A stretch of DNA of 58,155 nt from Hyphomonas sp. (GTDB lineage: Bacteria > Pseudomonadota > Alphaproteobacteria > Caulobacterales > Hyphomonadaceae): contig JBGSKI010000105.1 in the NCBI GenBank assembly GCA_041741315.1, positions 1 to 58,155 on the forward strand, in the 5' to 3' direction. The first letter of the stretch is position 1. The number at the start of each line of letters is the position of its first letter. The notes under the pieces were generated by a model that did no database searches, was not told the DNA's origin, and saw nothing but the letters and a program-made list of their open reading frames with translations. A program made the position numbers and the translations under genes. This document shows positions 18,622 through 28,150 of this stretch, one piece after another.

Positions 18622-20387
18622 CAGTTCATCTTTCCGTTCGCGTCCGTCGGCAGAGATACCCTATTCAGGATATCCGGCACTCTAGACATGCTCACCGGCA
18701 GGTTGGGATCGAAGTTCGTACCTATGGCACTCCTGAGCGACATAACACGAGCCACGCGGCTCTTGTGTTCGTCACCTGTCAGCCGGCTTGCTGCTTCGTA
18801 AAACCGGTCAGAAACGAGCCACTGGCCGGTGGCGGCGTCCTGTTCGATGAGCGCCAGTACGGTTTCCGGCTGGTCGTCGAGGTAGCGTTCGAACTCAACA
18901 ACAGACGGCTGTTCCTCATCGGAAAGCGCGCTCAGCGCAGCCAGAAGATTGAGTCTTGAACTCTCCGGATGAGCGCGCGCGAGACGGTAAACATCGGCAC
19001 GGTCGTGCCGGCGGAAAGCAAGATCGGCAATGTCTTCGGCGACCGAGACATCCATGTCCGATTGACCTGCCAGTTTCACCGCTAGCGACACAAATCCGAA
19101 GCGGACGGCGGCGGAAGCCGCTGCATTGTAGATCTCGTCCCGCTTCGGTTCATCATCCAGCAGTCTCGAGCCGGCAGACAACGCTTCAATAGCGGCGAGG
19201 GTGCGAAGGGAATCCTCACTGCCAAGATCTCGTTCGAGGCTGGCAAAAAATTCGCGTTTGACCGTGGACTGAGCTGTCGGATTCTGAAGTGCAGGGGCAG
19301 CGGCAAGTTGCATAATCGGCTCATACCGGGAGCCGTCGGTCAATTCCTTCAATGCAAACTGCAGGCTCGCCGCCAATTCTGCATCGTTCTGCGACTGCCC
19401 GAACTTGTCCATGAGTTCATTGAGGAGAACGTCCTGATATATCGCGTCAACCGGCTGGTCCCGGCGCAACATCAGGTCCAGAACCTGTTCCTGGAATTGG
19501 GGATGACTGAGAAAGCCCTTGATCGTCTTCTCAGCCTGAAGGTTGCCTTCGCCGAGATCGACAAGCGCCTTGACGAACTGAAGTTCAGACGAATTGCCGA
19601 TTTCGTCTTCGGTGAAGTCCGCCACCAATTTGCGGGCAAGGGTGCGCTCGCCACGCTTGTCGAGTTCCGGAATGGTGCGCACCGCGACTTCGGTGCGCAA
19701 TTGCAGCGGCAATGCGCGGTAGTCCGTCAGATGCGATTCTATAAGGCGTATCCCCGCTTCATTGCCGCTCATCAGTTCGGCGACCGACAACCATAGTCCG
19801 GCCTCGGGATGGCAGGATGCCAATTCCCGGAAATAGGGAAGATCAGCCCGCTGGCGGTGTTCGAGCAGCGCGGCGAGTTTCAGGAAGGCCGGCTTCTCGG
19901 GGCCGTCTGTCGTCTTCATCACCATGACGGCTTCGGAATAGAGGCCGAGTGAAATATAGACCTTGGCGAGTCGAAGGCCTTTTGCATCCCCTCCTCGCTC
20001 ACTCTGCTGGAATTCGTAGAGTTCCTGGTAGCGGCTGAATTTCTGCAGGTCAGTAAAATCGAGCGCGTAGGGCGCTGCGCAAGCACTGCGCAATGCAGAG
20101 TCATCTGACTTAGTGATCTCGGCTACGGGCGTATGTCCGGAATCCGGTGCTGGTAGCGCAGAGGCGTGCTCGTCCTGAATTCGCGTCGAAGTCTGGTGGT
20201 CCGGCGTCGCAGGTGTCAGCAGGCCCTCGCTGATCGCACCGTTCACGAACAGTTCAAGTTCAGATGACAAATCCGACGTCGGATGTTCCGAATCCGCAGG
20301 CTTGTGCTGCGCGGGGTCCGTCTCAAGCGCAAATGCCTGGGGAACCAGACACAGGCTCAGGACAAGGGTGCGCGTCAGATGCTTCAT
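18621..20387 (-). CDS. Exported alpha-helical protein of unknown function, coupled between motA and flgF
   Basis: 588 aa with a signal peptide (AFA-LE) and helical-repeat-like composition. Overlaps the motA stop and the flgF start. Confidence 0.7.
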   Translation of the reverse strand: MKHLTRTLVLSLCLVPQAFALETDPAQHKPADSEHPTSDLSSELELFVNGAISEGLLTPATPDHQTSTRIQDEHASALPAPDSGHTPVAEITKSDDSALRSACAAPYALDFTDLQKFSRYQELYEFQQSERGGDAKGLRLAKVYISLGLYSEAVMVMKTTDGPEKPAFLKLAALLEHRQRADLPYFRELASCHPEAGLWLSVAELMSGNEAGIRLIESHLTDYRALPLQLRTEVAVRTIPELDKRGERTLARKLVADFTEDEIGNSSELQFVKALVDLGEGNLQAEKTIKGFLSHPQFQEQVLDLMLRRDQPVDAIYQDVLLNELMDKFGQSQNDAELAASLQFALKELTDGSRYEPIMQLAAAPALQNPTAQSTVKREFFASLERDLGSEDSLRTLAAIEALSAGSRLLDDEPKRDEIYNAAASAAVRFGFVSLAVKLAGQSDMDVSVAEDIADLAFRRHDRADVYRLARAHPESSRLNLLAALSALSDEEQPSVVEFERYLDDQPETVLALIEQDAATGQWLVSDRFYEAASRLTGDEHKSRVARVMSLRSAIGTNFDPNLPVSMSRVPDILNRVSLPTDANGKMN

Positions 20388-21250
20388 GCCGCCCGCTTCA
20401 ACTCCCGGATGGCCTGCTCTACCTCGTCGAAGGAGGGACGAACCCGCGACGGCGCGTGGCGCCTGGCCACTTCGACACAGATATTGACTGGGTTATGGTA
20501 CAGGTTGGAGACGAAGATTTCCCCAATCATCGAATAAAAACAATGCTCCTCTGTCCGGATATCCTTGACCTTCTTGGCGAAGGGGCCAACGAGGCCATAG
20601 GCTAGGAACACACCCAGAAATGTCCCGACGAGCGCGCCGCCGATCATCCCACCGAGGATTTCCGGCGGCTTGTCGATAGACGCCATTGTCTTGATCACGC
20701 CGAGAACGGCCGCGACGATGCCGAGTGCCGGAAGGGCGTCTGCCATGTTCTGAAGGGCGTGCGACCCGTGGAGGTGGTCTTCCAATAACTGTTCAAGCTG
20801 GTCTTCCAGAAGTTCCTCGACCTGATGCACATTGTCGAAGTTCATGATCATTGAACGGAACGTATCGCAAATCAGTTCAATGGCTGCATGATCCTTCAGG
20901 ATACGCGGATATCTGGAGAAGATGTTTGATTCCCCCGGTGCCTCGATATGTGCTTCGACGTCGACCGGGTTCTGTTTCAGAAGATTCAGAAGTTCGTGCA
21001 TCAGGCAAAGCAGTTCCTGGTAGTCGTTCTTCTTCCATTTCGCGCCGGTGAACACGGCCACCATGTCGCCACCAGCATGCTTGATCGTGTTCAAGTCATT
21101 GGCCGCCAGGAACGAGCCGAGCGCTGCGCCACCAATCATCATGCCTTCGAACGGAAGGGCATGCGTGATGATGTGCATTTGTCCGCCCGACAGCAGGTAG
21201 CCACCGAAGACCAGACCAATGGTCACGACCAGACCCAGAATTGCGTTCAC
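20384..21250 (-). CDS. motA: Stator protein MotA
   Basis: GGYLLSGG...I..ALPFE..IGGAALG, ADALPALGIVAAVLGVIKTM, LGGMIGGALVGTFLGVFLAYG..GP. Confidence 0.98.
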   Translation of the reverse strand: MNAILGLVVTIGLVFGGYLLSGGQMHIITHALPFEGMMIGGAALGSFLAANDLNTIKHAGGDMVAVFTGAKWKKNDYQELLCLMHELLNLLKQNPVDVEAHIEAPGESNIFSRYPRILKDHAAIELICDTFRSMIMNFDNVHQVEELLEDQLEQLLEDHLHGSHALQNMADALPALGIVAAVLGVIKTMASIDKPPEILGGMIGGALVGTFLGVFLAYGLVGPFAKKVKDIRTEEHCFYSMIGEIFVSNLYHNPVNICVEVARRHAPSRVRPSFDEVEQAIRELKRAA

Positions 21251-21289
21251 TGATACACTCCCTTCCCCCGCGCACCGCGCGGAGCCCCA

Positions 21290-22189
21290 TTACAAATCGA
21301 CTATTTCACGCGCAAAACTGCTGGCGATCGGCGTACGCAACTTAACGGCCCGCCGCTGCTTCCAGACGCCGAGTTCGCCGCTTCCGATATCCACGCTGCC
21401 ATTGATTGTGTCGGCGCTGAGCCACAGCTGCGCCGGATCGACATTCGCCAAAGGCAGCACCGTTCCAATTTCAAGCTCTGTGCATTGACCGATTGATAGT
21501 GAGAATCTGTGCAACACTGCGTCCAGTTCGACGGCTGACGCTCTGACGCTACGGGTCAGCGCCCTCGGGCTCTGCGAACAGGCTTCCTCCTTGCGATCAG
21601 CCTCACGCCGCAGGTACGTTCGGGCGAACCGCTGCATGAATTCGAGCTGAAACACGAACAGCAACCGCAAGGGCCTATCTTCCAGCATGGCCGAGAATTC
21701 GGTCTGGAGATAACGGCTTTCCGGGACGAATCCACCGGCAGCAAATGTGGCATCTGGTTGCGGCGCAGCACCCTTGAAAAGGTCATGATCGGTCAGTTCG
21801 GTGGCGATCCGGCGCCAAAGGTCACCGGCAGGCTGCTCGAACAGAAGTTTCAGGAACAGTGGCGAGGCGCCCTGCAGACTCGCGGGGTCCTGGCGCATGC
21901 GCTTAGCCGCATTCCGGATCGCGAATTCGGGATCCATGATGATCGCACAAAGCCCCGGGGACGCAGTTGCTCCGAAAAACAGGGCATTCGGGCTTTCGAT
22001 AATCGGGGCGACGCTTTTGCCGCCGATCACCTTGTAGCCAGTCGGCCGGAAATGGCAGCGCACATCGAAGAGTTCGAGCGACCACGCCTCGATCCGCTTC
22101 CCCATGTCGTGCCAGAAGGCGCGAATCTCGAGGACAGAGGGCGGCACGCCGGCCGCCGACTCTATCTTTTTTCGCAGGACAGCGGACAC
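21290..22189 (-). CDS. fliM: Divergent motor switch protein FliM (C-terminal SpoA domain)
   Basis: Probable GTG start MSAVLRKKIE. C-terminal SpoA-like VELDAVL....LSI.....LEIGTVLPL...GELGVWKQRRAVKL. Confidence 0.65.
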   Translation of the reverse strand: MSAVLRKKIESAAGVPPSVLEIRAFWHDMGKRIEAWSLELFDVRCHFRPTGYKVIGGKSVAPIIESPNALFFGATASPGLCAIIMDPEFAIRNAAKRMRQDPASLQGASPLFLKLLFEQPAGDLWRRIATELTDHDLFKGAAPQPDATFAAGGFVPESRYLQTEFSAMLEDRPLRLLFVFQLEFMQRFARTYLRREADRKEEACSQSPRALTRSVRASAVELDAVLHRFSLSIGQCTELEIGTVLPLANVDPAQLWLSADTINGSVDIGSGELGVWKQRRAVKLRTPIASSFAREIVDL

Positions 22190-22245
22190 GGGACACCTGA
22201 CGGCAAAATGGGCATGGTTAACAATCACAAATGGTGCCGGACCGG

Positions 22246-22266
22246 TTGAGAAAGGATTAACGTTAA
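22246..22266. promoter_or_regulatory. Putative CtrA box in the fliM/motB divergent region
   Basis: TTGA-GAAAGGA-TTAAC followed directly by a second GTTAAC. Another GTTAAC lies near 22217. Confidence 0.55.
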
Positions 22267-22348
22267 CCTTCGAACTTGTCCGCCTTTTGAACACTGCTCC
22301 TTCACCGTGTTTTGATACGACAGCGCATCGAAGTATTTGGCGCGCCCT

Positions 22349-23173
22349 ATGATTAATCCGAACACCGCTCCGGTGAACATCACCATCATCAAACGCAAGA
22401 AGGTGGTTAAAGCCGACGGGCACCATGGGGGCGCGTGGAAAGTCGCCTATGCCGACTTCGTAACCGCCATGATGGCGTTCTTCCTCCTGATGTGGCTGCT
22501 CAATGCGACGACTGAAGATCAGCGTAAGGGTATCGCCGACTATTTCAGCCCAACCATCCCGATCGCCCGGATTTCCGGTGGCGGGTCGGACGGCCTCAAT
22601 GGTGCATCCATCATGACCGAGGAAACAATGGTCAAGATGGGTACCGGGGCCGCACAGGCCAAATCAGTCACGACGGAGCCGCAGGACAATCCCCTGCGTG
22701 CACCGGGCGCCGCCAAGGATATTTCGGATGAGCTCGAAAACCTGAAGAAGTCTATGGAATCGGATGGTCGGCAGCTGTCAGAGCATATGCTGATCAAGAT
22801 GTCCCCGGAGGGCATCGTGCTCGAAATCACAGACTCCGAGCGGGAACCTCTTTTCCAGGTCGGCAGCAGCGCCCCCTCCCCCGTGCTTACCGAAATGATG
22901 GGGCTTGTATCCTCATCGTTCGAGAAATTCGAAAACAAGGTCAAGATTGTCGGTCACACTGACAACCTCACCTATCGCGACGGAGCGACCTACGACAACT
23001 GGAACCTGTCGTCCGACCGCGCCAATGCCGCTCGCAAGCTGCTTCTGCAATCTGGTCTGCCCGCCAGCCGCATTCAGGAAGTATCCGGAAAGGCCGATAC
23101 TTCGCCTCTCATCTCGGATGATCCGTCTGCAGCACAAAATCGCCGGATCTCGATCACGATCCTAACTCGCTAA
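22349..23173 (+). CDS. motB: Stator protein MotB
   Basis: IIKRKK...GHHGGAWKVAYADFVTAMMAFFLLMWL, OmpA-like GHTD...NWNLSSDRANAAR...NRRISI. Confidence 0.98.
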   Translation: MINPNTAPVNITIIKRKKVVKADGHHGGAWKVAYADFVTAMMAFFLLMWLLNATTEDQRKGIADYFSPTIPIARISGGGSDGLNGASIMTEETMVKMGTGAAQAKSVTTEPQDNPLRAPGAAKDISDELENLKKSMESDGRQLSEHMLIKMSPEGIVLEITDSEREPLFQVGSSAPSPVLTEMMGLVSSSFEKFENKVKIVGHTDNLTYRDGATYDNWNLSSDRANAARKLLLQSGLPASRIQEVSGKADTSPLISDDPSAAQNRRISITILTR

Positions 23174-23192
23174 CGCGCGCTAAAGAAATGGG

Positions 23193-23208
23193 TTATCGGC
23201 TCATTAAC
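23193..23208 (+). promoter_or_regulatory. Putative CtrA box upstream of flgE
   Basis: TTAT-CGGCTCA-TTAAC, about 47 nt before the flgE ATG. Confidence 0.55.
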
Positions 23209-23254
23209 CTTCAATACCTACTTTCCGTTGCTACATATTGCAGGAGCAAACGGA

Positions 23255-24559
23255 ATGAGCATTTCATCAGCCTTGAATGCAGGCGTGATGGGTTTGGGCG
23301 CCAATGCTGCCCGACTCTCCACCATCTCGGACAACATCGCAAACTCATCCACTTCCGGCTACAAGCGGAGTGAAGTGGATTTTTCGAGCATGGTGTTGCA
23401 ACAACGCTCATCCGCTTACTCCGCCGGCGGCGTCCGTGTCAGCACGTACAAGGACATCTCCGCCACCGGATCGCTTACTTCCACAGGAAACTCGACCGAC
23501 ATTGCCGTGTCCGGCCGGGGTCTCCTCCCGGTAACCGACAGCAAGGGCGTCTCGTCCCTTGCATCTGATCGCAGCCTTATGCTGTCACCGACCGGCTCCT
23601 TCTATGCGGATGAAGCTGGCAACCTGAGAACCCAAAGCGGTCTGTTCCTGCTCGGATGGCCAGCTGACGCAGATGGCAATGTCGGCAATGTAAGCCGTAG
23701 CAGCGGCGTTAACCTCGAACCTGTCAATGTCTCGGCCTCCTCGTTCACTGCGACCCCGACATCCAATATCAGTATGGGTATCAACCTACCCGCCGATGCG
23801 ACCGTCGCAGGGGCGGACGGCGCAGCCTATGACCTTCCTGTCGAGTATTTCGACAATCTGGGTCGCGCCAACACACTGACCTTCTCGTTCACGCCGTCGG
23901 TTCCGACGAGCGGCGCAAGCAATAGCTGGCATGTCGAGATATATGACAGCGCCGGCGATCCGAGTGTGTCAATCGGCAGCGCCGACATCACATTCTCCGA
24001 TACCAGCGCGTCCGGTGGCCGCATCAGTGCTGCGGCGGCAACCGGCGGCGCTGCCTACGACGCCACTACAGGCGAGCTGTCGCTGACGCTCGAGCATGGT
24101 CCTGTCGACGTGTTCATAGGCCGCCCGAACGATACTACCGGTATCACCCAATTGGCAGCCCCGTACGCTCCGACGGCCGTCACCAAGAACGGCTCACCGA
24201 TCGGCAATCTCAATTCCATCGAGATCGACGAAAATGGCTATCTGCAGGCGGTCTACGACACAGGCCAGCGCCGGACCCTGTACCAGATCCCCGTTGCAGA
24301 TGTTCCCAATATGAACGGTCTCAATGCCCTTGATTCTCAGGCCTATTCGATCTCCTCGTCGAGCGGCAGCGTGTACCTGTGGGATGCTGGCGCTGGCCCT
24401 GTGGGTTCGGTGTCCGGTTATTCGATGATGGAGTCTACGACGGACATTGCCGGAGAACTCACAGACCTGATCGAGACTCAACGGGCATATTCGTCGAATG
24501 CGAAGATTGTCCAGACGGTCGACGAGATGCTTCAGGAAACCACAAACCTGAAACGCTGA
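23255..24559 (+). CDS. flgE: Hook protein FlgE
   Basis: MSISSALNAGVMGL.ANA.RLSTISDNIANS.T.GYKR, LI.TQRAYSSNAKIVQTVDEMLQETTNLKR. Confidence 0.97.
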   Translation: MSISSALNAGVMGLGANAARLSTISDNIANSSTSGYKRSEVDFSSMVLQQRSSAYSAGGVRVSTYKDISATGSLTSTGNSTDIAVSGRGLLPVTDSKGVSSLASDRSLMLSPTGSFYADEAGNLRTQSGLFLLGWPADADGNVGNVSRSSGVNLEPVNVSASSFTATPTSNISMGINLPADATVAGADGAAYDLPVEYFDNLGRANTLTFSFTPSVPTSGASNSWHVEIYDSAGDPSVSIGSADITFSDTSASGGRISAAAATGGAAYDATTGELSLTLEHGPVDVFIGRPNDTTGITQLAAPYAPTAVTKNGSPIGNLNSIEIDENGYLQAVYDTGQRRTLYQIPVADVPNMNGLNALDSQAYSISSSSGSVYLWDAGAGPVGSVSGYSMMESTTDIAGELTDLIETQRAYSSNAKIVQTVDEMLQETTNLKR

Positions 24560-24587
24560 CGAACGGCGCCGGCAGGTAGCCCGCTAG

Positions 24588-26036
24588 ATGTCCATCTCGT
24601 CCGCCATCAACACTGCACGGACCGGCCTTCAGATTTCAGGTCTGAGGGCCGAGACCGTAGCAACGAACGTCGCGAATGCGTCAACGCCCGGCTACGTTCG
24701 CCGGACCGTCCTCCTGTCGGAACAAACCGTCGCTGGTCAGACGACGGGGGTCCGGTCAGACGGCATTGCCCGGTCGCAGAACATGGCGATCACGGCAGAA
24801 CGGCGCGGATTGACCAGCGACTTGGCGCAATCCGACATGCTGGCAACGACCTGGCAGACTATCTCGTCGCGGGTCGGAAGCACTGCGGAAGGCGATGGCA
24901 TCTTCAAGGCTTTCTCGGACTTCGAAACCGCACTCGAGAATTACGCATTATCACCGGAATCGAGCACCGACGCCGCGACGGTGCTGAACGCGGCCAAGGC
25001 GATTACACGCGAGTTCAACAACCTGTCGCAGATGACCATCGACATGCGTGCAGATGCCGACACGCAGATCGCGGATGGCGTCAGCATCGTCAACTCCGCC
25101 CTGAAGCAGATCGAAAAGCTGAACGGACAGATTTCAAGTGCCGATCCGAAGCAGGGCTCGACGGCGGCCCTGCTCGACGAACGCCAGCGCCAGCTTGACG
25201 TCATTTCGGAATACATGCCGGTGCAGTCGGTCGACCGCCAGAATGGGATGATCGACGTGGTCACGCAGGAGGGGGTTTTCCTCCTCGCCGGGCGTGCCCG
25301 TACCGTAGAATTCACACCTGGTGGAGCATTCACGCCCGGCCGTACTCTGGCCTCTGGCGACCTGACAGGCCTGACCGTCGAAGGGACCGACATCACGCCG
25401 GGCAGTTCGTCCTTCGGTGCCGTATCCAGCGGCCTGTTCGGCGGTCTGTTCACCCTGCGCGATACCGAACTTCCGGAGTTCAGCGCCCAGTTGGACACTC
25501 TGGCAAGTGACCTTGTCTCACGGCTGTCGGACGACTCGATCGATCCGGGCAAGACGCTCGGCGCCGCCGGCCTGTTCGTCGACCCGATGGGCACCGGCGC
25601 TGTTGGCCTGGCCCTGCGGCTCGACATCAATGCTGCAGTCGACCCGGCCCAGGGTGGCGCGACCTGGCGCTTGCGAGACGGCGTCGAGGCAACAACGGCC
25701 GGGCCATCCGGAAATACCGACATTCTGAACGCGATGCTGGATGCAGTGACCTCCGTTCGGCCGGTCAATGCAAATGGTATCCAGGGTGCTTTCTCCTCAA
25801 CCGACATGGTCGCCCAGTTTGCATCGCTCACCGGACAAAAGCGCCTTGGCTACGAAGCGGTGCTCTCATCAACCTCGACGCAACATACGATGCTGTTGGA
25901 CGCCGAGCACGAAGCAAGCGGCGTCGATGTGGATTCGGAAATGCAGGACCTGTTGCTGATCGAACAGGCCTATGCCGCAAACGCGCGGGTCATCGAAACG
26001 GCCAGCAACATGATCGACCGACTGATGGAGCTGTAG
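24588..26036 (+). CDS. flgK: Hook-associated protein FlgK
   Basis: ATNVANASTPGYVRR, LLDERQRQLD.IS, SGVDVDSEMQDLLLIEQAYAANARVI. Confidence 0.96.
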   Translation: MSISSAINTARTGLQISGLRAETVATNVANASTPGYVRRTVLLSEQTVAGQTTGVRSDGIARSQNMAITAERRGLTSDLAQSDMLATTWQTISSRVGSTAEGDGIFKAFSDFETALENYALSPESSTDAATVLNAAKAITREFNNLSQMTIDMRADADTQIADGVSIVNSALKQIEKLNGQISSADPKQGSTAALLDERQRQLDVISEYMPVQSVDRQNGMIDVVTQEGVFLLAGRARTVEFTPGGAFTPGRTLASGDLTGLTVEGTDITPGSSSFGAVSSGLFGGLFTLRDTELPEFSAQLDTLASDLVSRLSDDSIDPGKTLGAAGLFVDPMGTGAVGLALRLDINAAVDPAQGGATWRLRDGVEATTAGPSGNTDILNAMLDAVTSVRPVNANGIQGAFSSTDMVAQFASLTGQKRLGYEAVLSSTSTQHTMLLDAEHEASGVDVDSEMQDLLLIEQAYAANARVIETASNMIDRLMEL

Positions 26037-26037
26037 G

Positions 26038-27018
26038 ATGTTGCGCTTTCCCCTTCCCAGCAGTCTGATGCCAACCAGCATGCGGCAAGACGTGTCAAAC
26101 CTGCGCGATCGCCTTACGGCGACATCGCAGGAGGCCGTAACAGGACGCTACAGCGATCTCACCGCACACCTTTCCGGCCGGATCGGGACTGCAATGCTGG
26201 GCCAAAAGGCAATCGACGATATCAGCCAGGAGCAATCCCGGTTGACCCTGCGCGAAGGCCGTCTGGATTTCACGCAGCGCACCCTGACGGTGCTGCAGGA
26301 CAGCACGAATGGCCTTGGCGCACGCATGCAGGCGGCGCTCGGTTCTGGCGACGAAGCCGGACAGACGTCTGCAGCGAGCGACGCCAAGTCTGCGCTGAGC
26401 CAATCCTTCACTGCCCTGAATGTCCGTTACGGCGAACGATACCTGTTCTCCGGCGATGCCACTGCAACGCCGCCGTTCGGTTCGCCCGAAGACCTTCTGT
26501 CGGACATTCGTCAGCTCGCCAGCACCGCAGCGGATGCAGCCGATTTCGAGGCCCAGCTCGATACCTATTTCAACACGCCCGGTGCCGGTTTCCAGCAGAC
26601 TGCGTATGCCGGATCACCGGATTCGTCGGATCCGGACGCTGTCACTGGGAACGATCCAGCCATCATCCAGGTATTCCGCGGACTTGCCGTCATGGCGCTG
26701 TCTTCGCCCGATGAAGCCATTCCATTACTGTCAGGCAGTAGTGAATCGGCGAGCGCTGCCGCCACGACGTTAATGTCCGGACAAACCTCTTTGACAGCCT
26801 TGCGAGCCGACCGGGGCGTCATCCAGGCTCAAATATCGACCCGCAAGGACACGCTCCAGATCGAAGCGACGGTGCTGTCACAGGCGTTCAACGACATGAC
26901 CGCCCGCGACCAGTACGAAGCCGCCGCTGATCTCCAGGAACTCGAGAACAATCTCGAAGCATCCTACCTGCTGACTTCTCGGCTTTCGAGCCTCAATCTT
27001 CTGAATTTCCTGAGGTAG
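26038..27018 (+). CDS. flgL: Hook-associated protein FlgL
   Basis: QEAVTGR, LN..YGERYLFSGDAT.TPP, DQYEAA..LQ.LE.NLEASY.LT.RLS.LNL.NFLR. Confidence 0.93.
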   Translation: MLRFPLPSSLMPTSMRQDVSNLRDRLTATSQEAVTGRYSDLTAHLSGRIGTAMLGQKAIDDISQEQSRLTLREGRLDFTQRTLTVLQDSTNGLGARMQAALGSGDEAGQTSAASDAKSALSQSFTALNVRYGERYLFSGDATATPPFGSPEDLLSDIRQLASTAADAADFEAQLDTYFNTPGAGFQQTAYAGSPDSSDPDAVTGNDPAIIQVFRGLAVMALSSPDEAIPLLSGSSESASAAATTLMSGQTSLTALRADRGVIQAQISTRKDTLQIEATVLSQAFNDMTARDQYEAAADLQELENNLEASYLLTSRLSSLNLLNFLR

Positions 27019-27022
27019 ACGC

Positions 27023-28132
27023 ATGATCACGACTGCACGCGCTTTTGCGCTCCTGTCCGCGATCCTCCTGGCAGGCCCTGCTCCTGCCCTGGCACAGGCG
27101 CGCATTCGCGACATCGTCGATGTCCAGGGCGTGAGACAGAACGATCTCGTCGGGTACGGTATCGTGGTGGGCCTGAACGGCACGGGCGACTCGGTCAAGA
27201 ACTCTCCGTTCACCGAGGATTCTCTGTCTTATATGCTCGAGCGCCTCGGCGTAAACGTCCAGGGCGAAGACATCAAACCAAAGAACGTCGCCGCCGTGCT
27301 CGTGACCGCAACGCTGCCGGCATTCGCGCGCAATGGCTCAAGCATCGATACAACCGTCGCGTCCATTGGAGACGCGAAGAGCCTCGAAGGGGGCACACTG
27401 ATCCTGACGCCGCTGAAAGGCGCGGACAACGAGGTCTATGCGGTCGCCCAGGGCAGTATTGTGGTCAGCGGCATTGATGTGCAGGCACAAGGCGCTCGCG
27501 AAACGCGCGGCTCACCAACGACGGGCTCTGTTCCAAGCGGCGCGCGAGTCGAACGGGAGATCGCTTACGACTTCAACGAGCGCAATTTCGTAACCCTCGC
27601 CCTCCGCAACCCGGACTTCACGACCGCATCGCGTATTGAGGATGTGATCAATGCGGCCATCGGTTCTCCGATCGCTTCCATGCGCGATTCCGGCACCGTG
27701 GATCTCGACCTTCAGGGAGTGTCGGACTCCCCTTCCCGCTTTCTCGCGAGCATTGAGAACCTGCCGGTCAACGTCGTGACGCCCGCGCGTATCGTGATCG
27801 ATGAGAAGTCCGGCACCATCGTGCTCGGAGAAGACGTGACCATTTCCAAAGTCGCGATTGCCCAAGGCAATATCTCGGTGAAAATCGTCGAGAACCCGGT
27901 TGCGTCTCAGCCGAATGCTTTTGGCCAAGGAGATACTGTCGTTCTGCCAAGATCACAGATTATGATCGGCGAAACAGGCAACGGCCACATCGCGATGGTG
28001 GAACCTAATGTGACTCTGTCGGAACTGATCAACGGCCTCAACAAGCTCGGCGTGTCACCGCAGGAGATGGCGGATATCATCCGGGCGATGAAGGCGGCAG
28101 GAGCGATCCACGCGGAGCTGGTCGTCCGCTAG
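27023..28132 (+). CDS. flgI: P-ring protein FlgI
   Basis: RIRDIVDVQGVRQNDLVGYGIVVGLNGTGDS, KNVAAVLVTATLP, IGDAKSLEGGTL, MKAAGAIHAEL. Confidence 0.98.
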   Translation: MITTARAFALLSAILLAGPAPALAQARIRDIVDVQGVRQNDLVGYGIVVGLNGTGDSVKNSPFTEDSLSYMLERLGVNVQGEDIKPKNVAAVLVTATLPAFARNGSSIDTTVASIGDAKSLEGGTLILTPLKGADNEVYAVAQGSIVVSGIDVQAQGARETRGSPTTGSVPSGARVEREIAYDFNERNFVTLALRNPDFTTASRIEDVINAAIGSPIASMRDSGTVDLDLQGVSDSPSRFLASIENLPVNVVTPARIVIDEKSGTIVLGEDVTISKVAIAQGNISVKIVENPVASQPNAFGQGDTVVLPRSQIMIGETGNGHIAMVEPNVTLSELINGLNKLGVSPQEMADIIRAMKAAGAIHAELVVR

Positions 28133-28150
28133 CGGTCGATCTGCGGCAAA

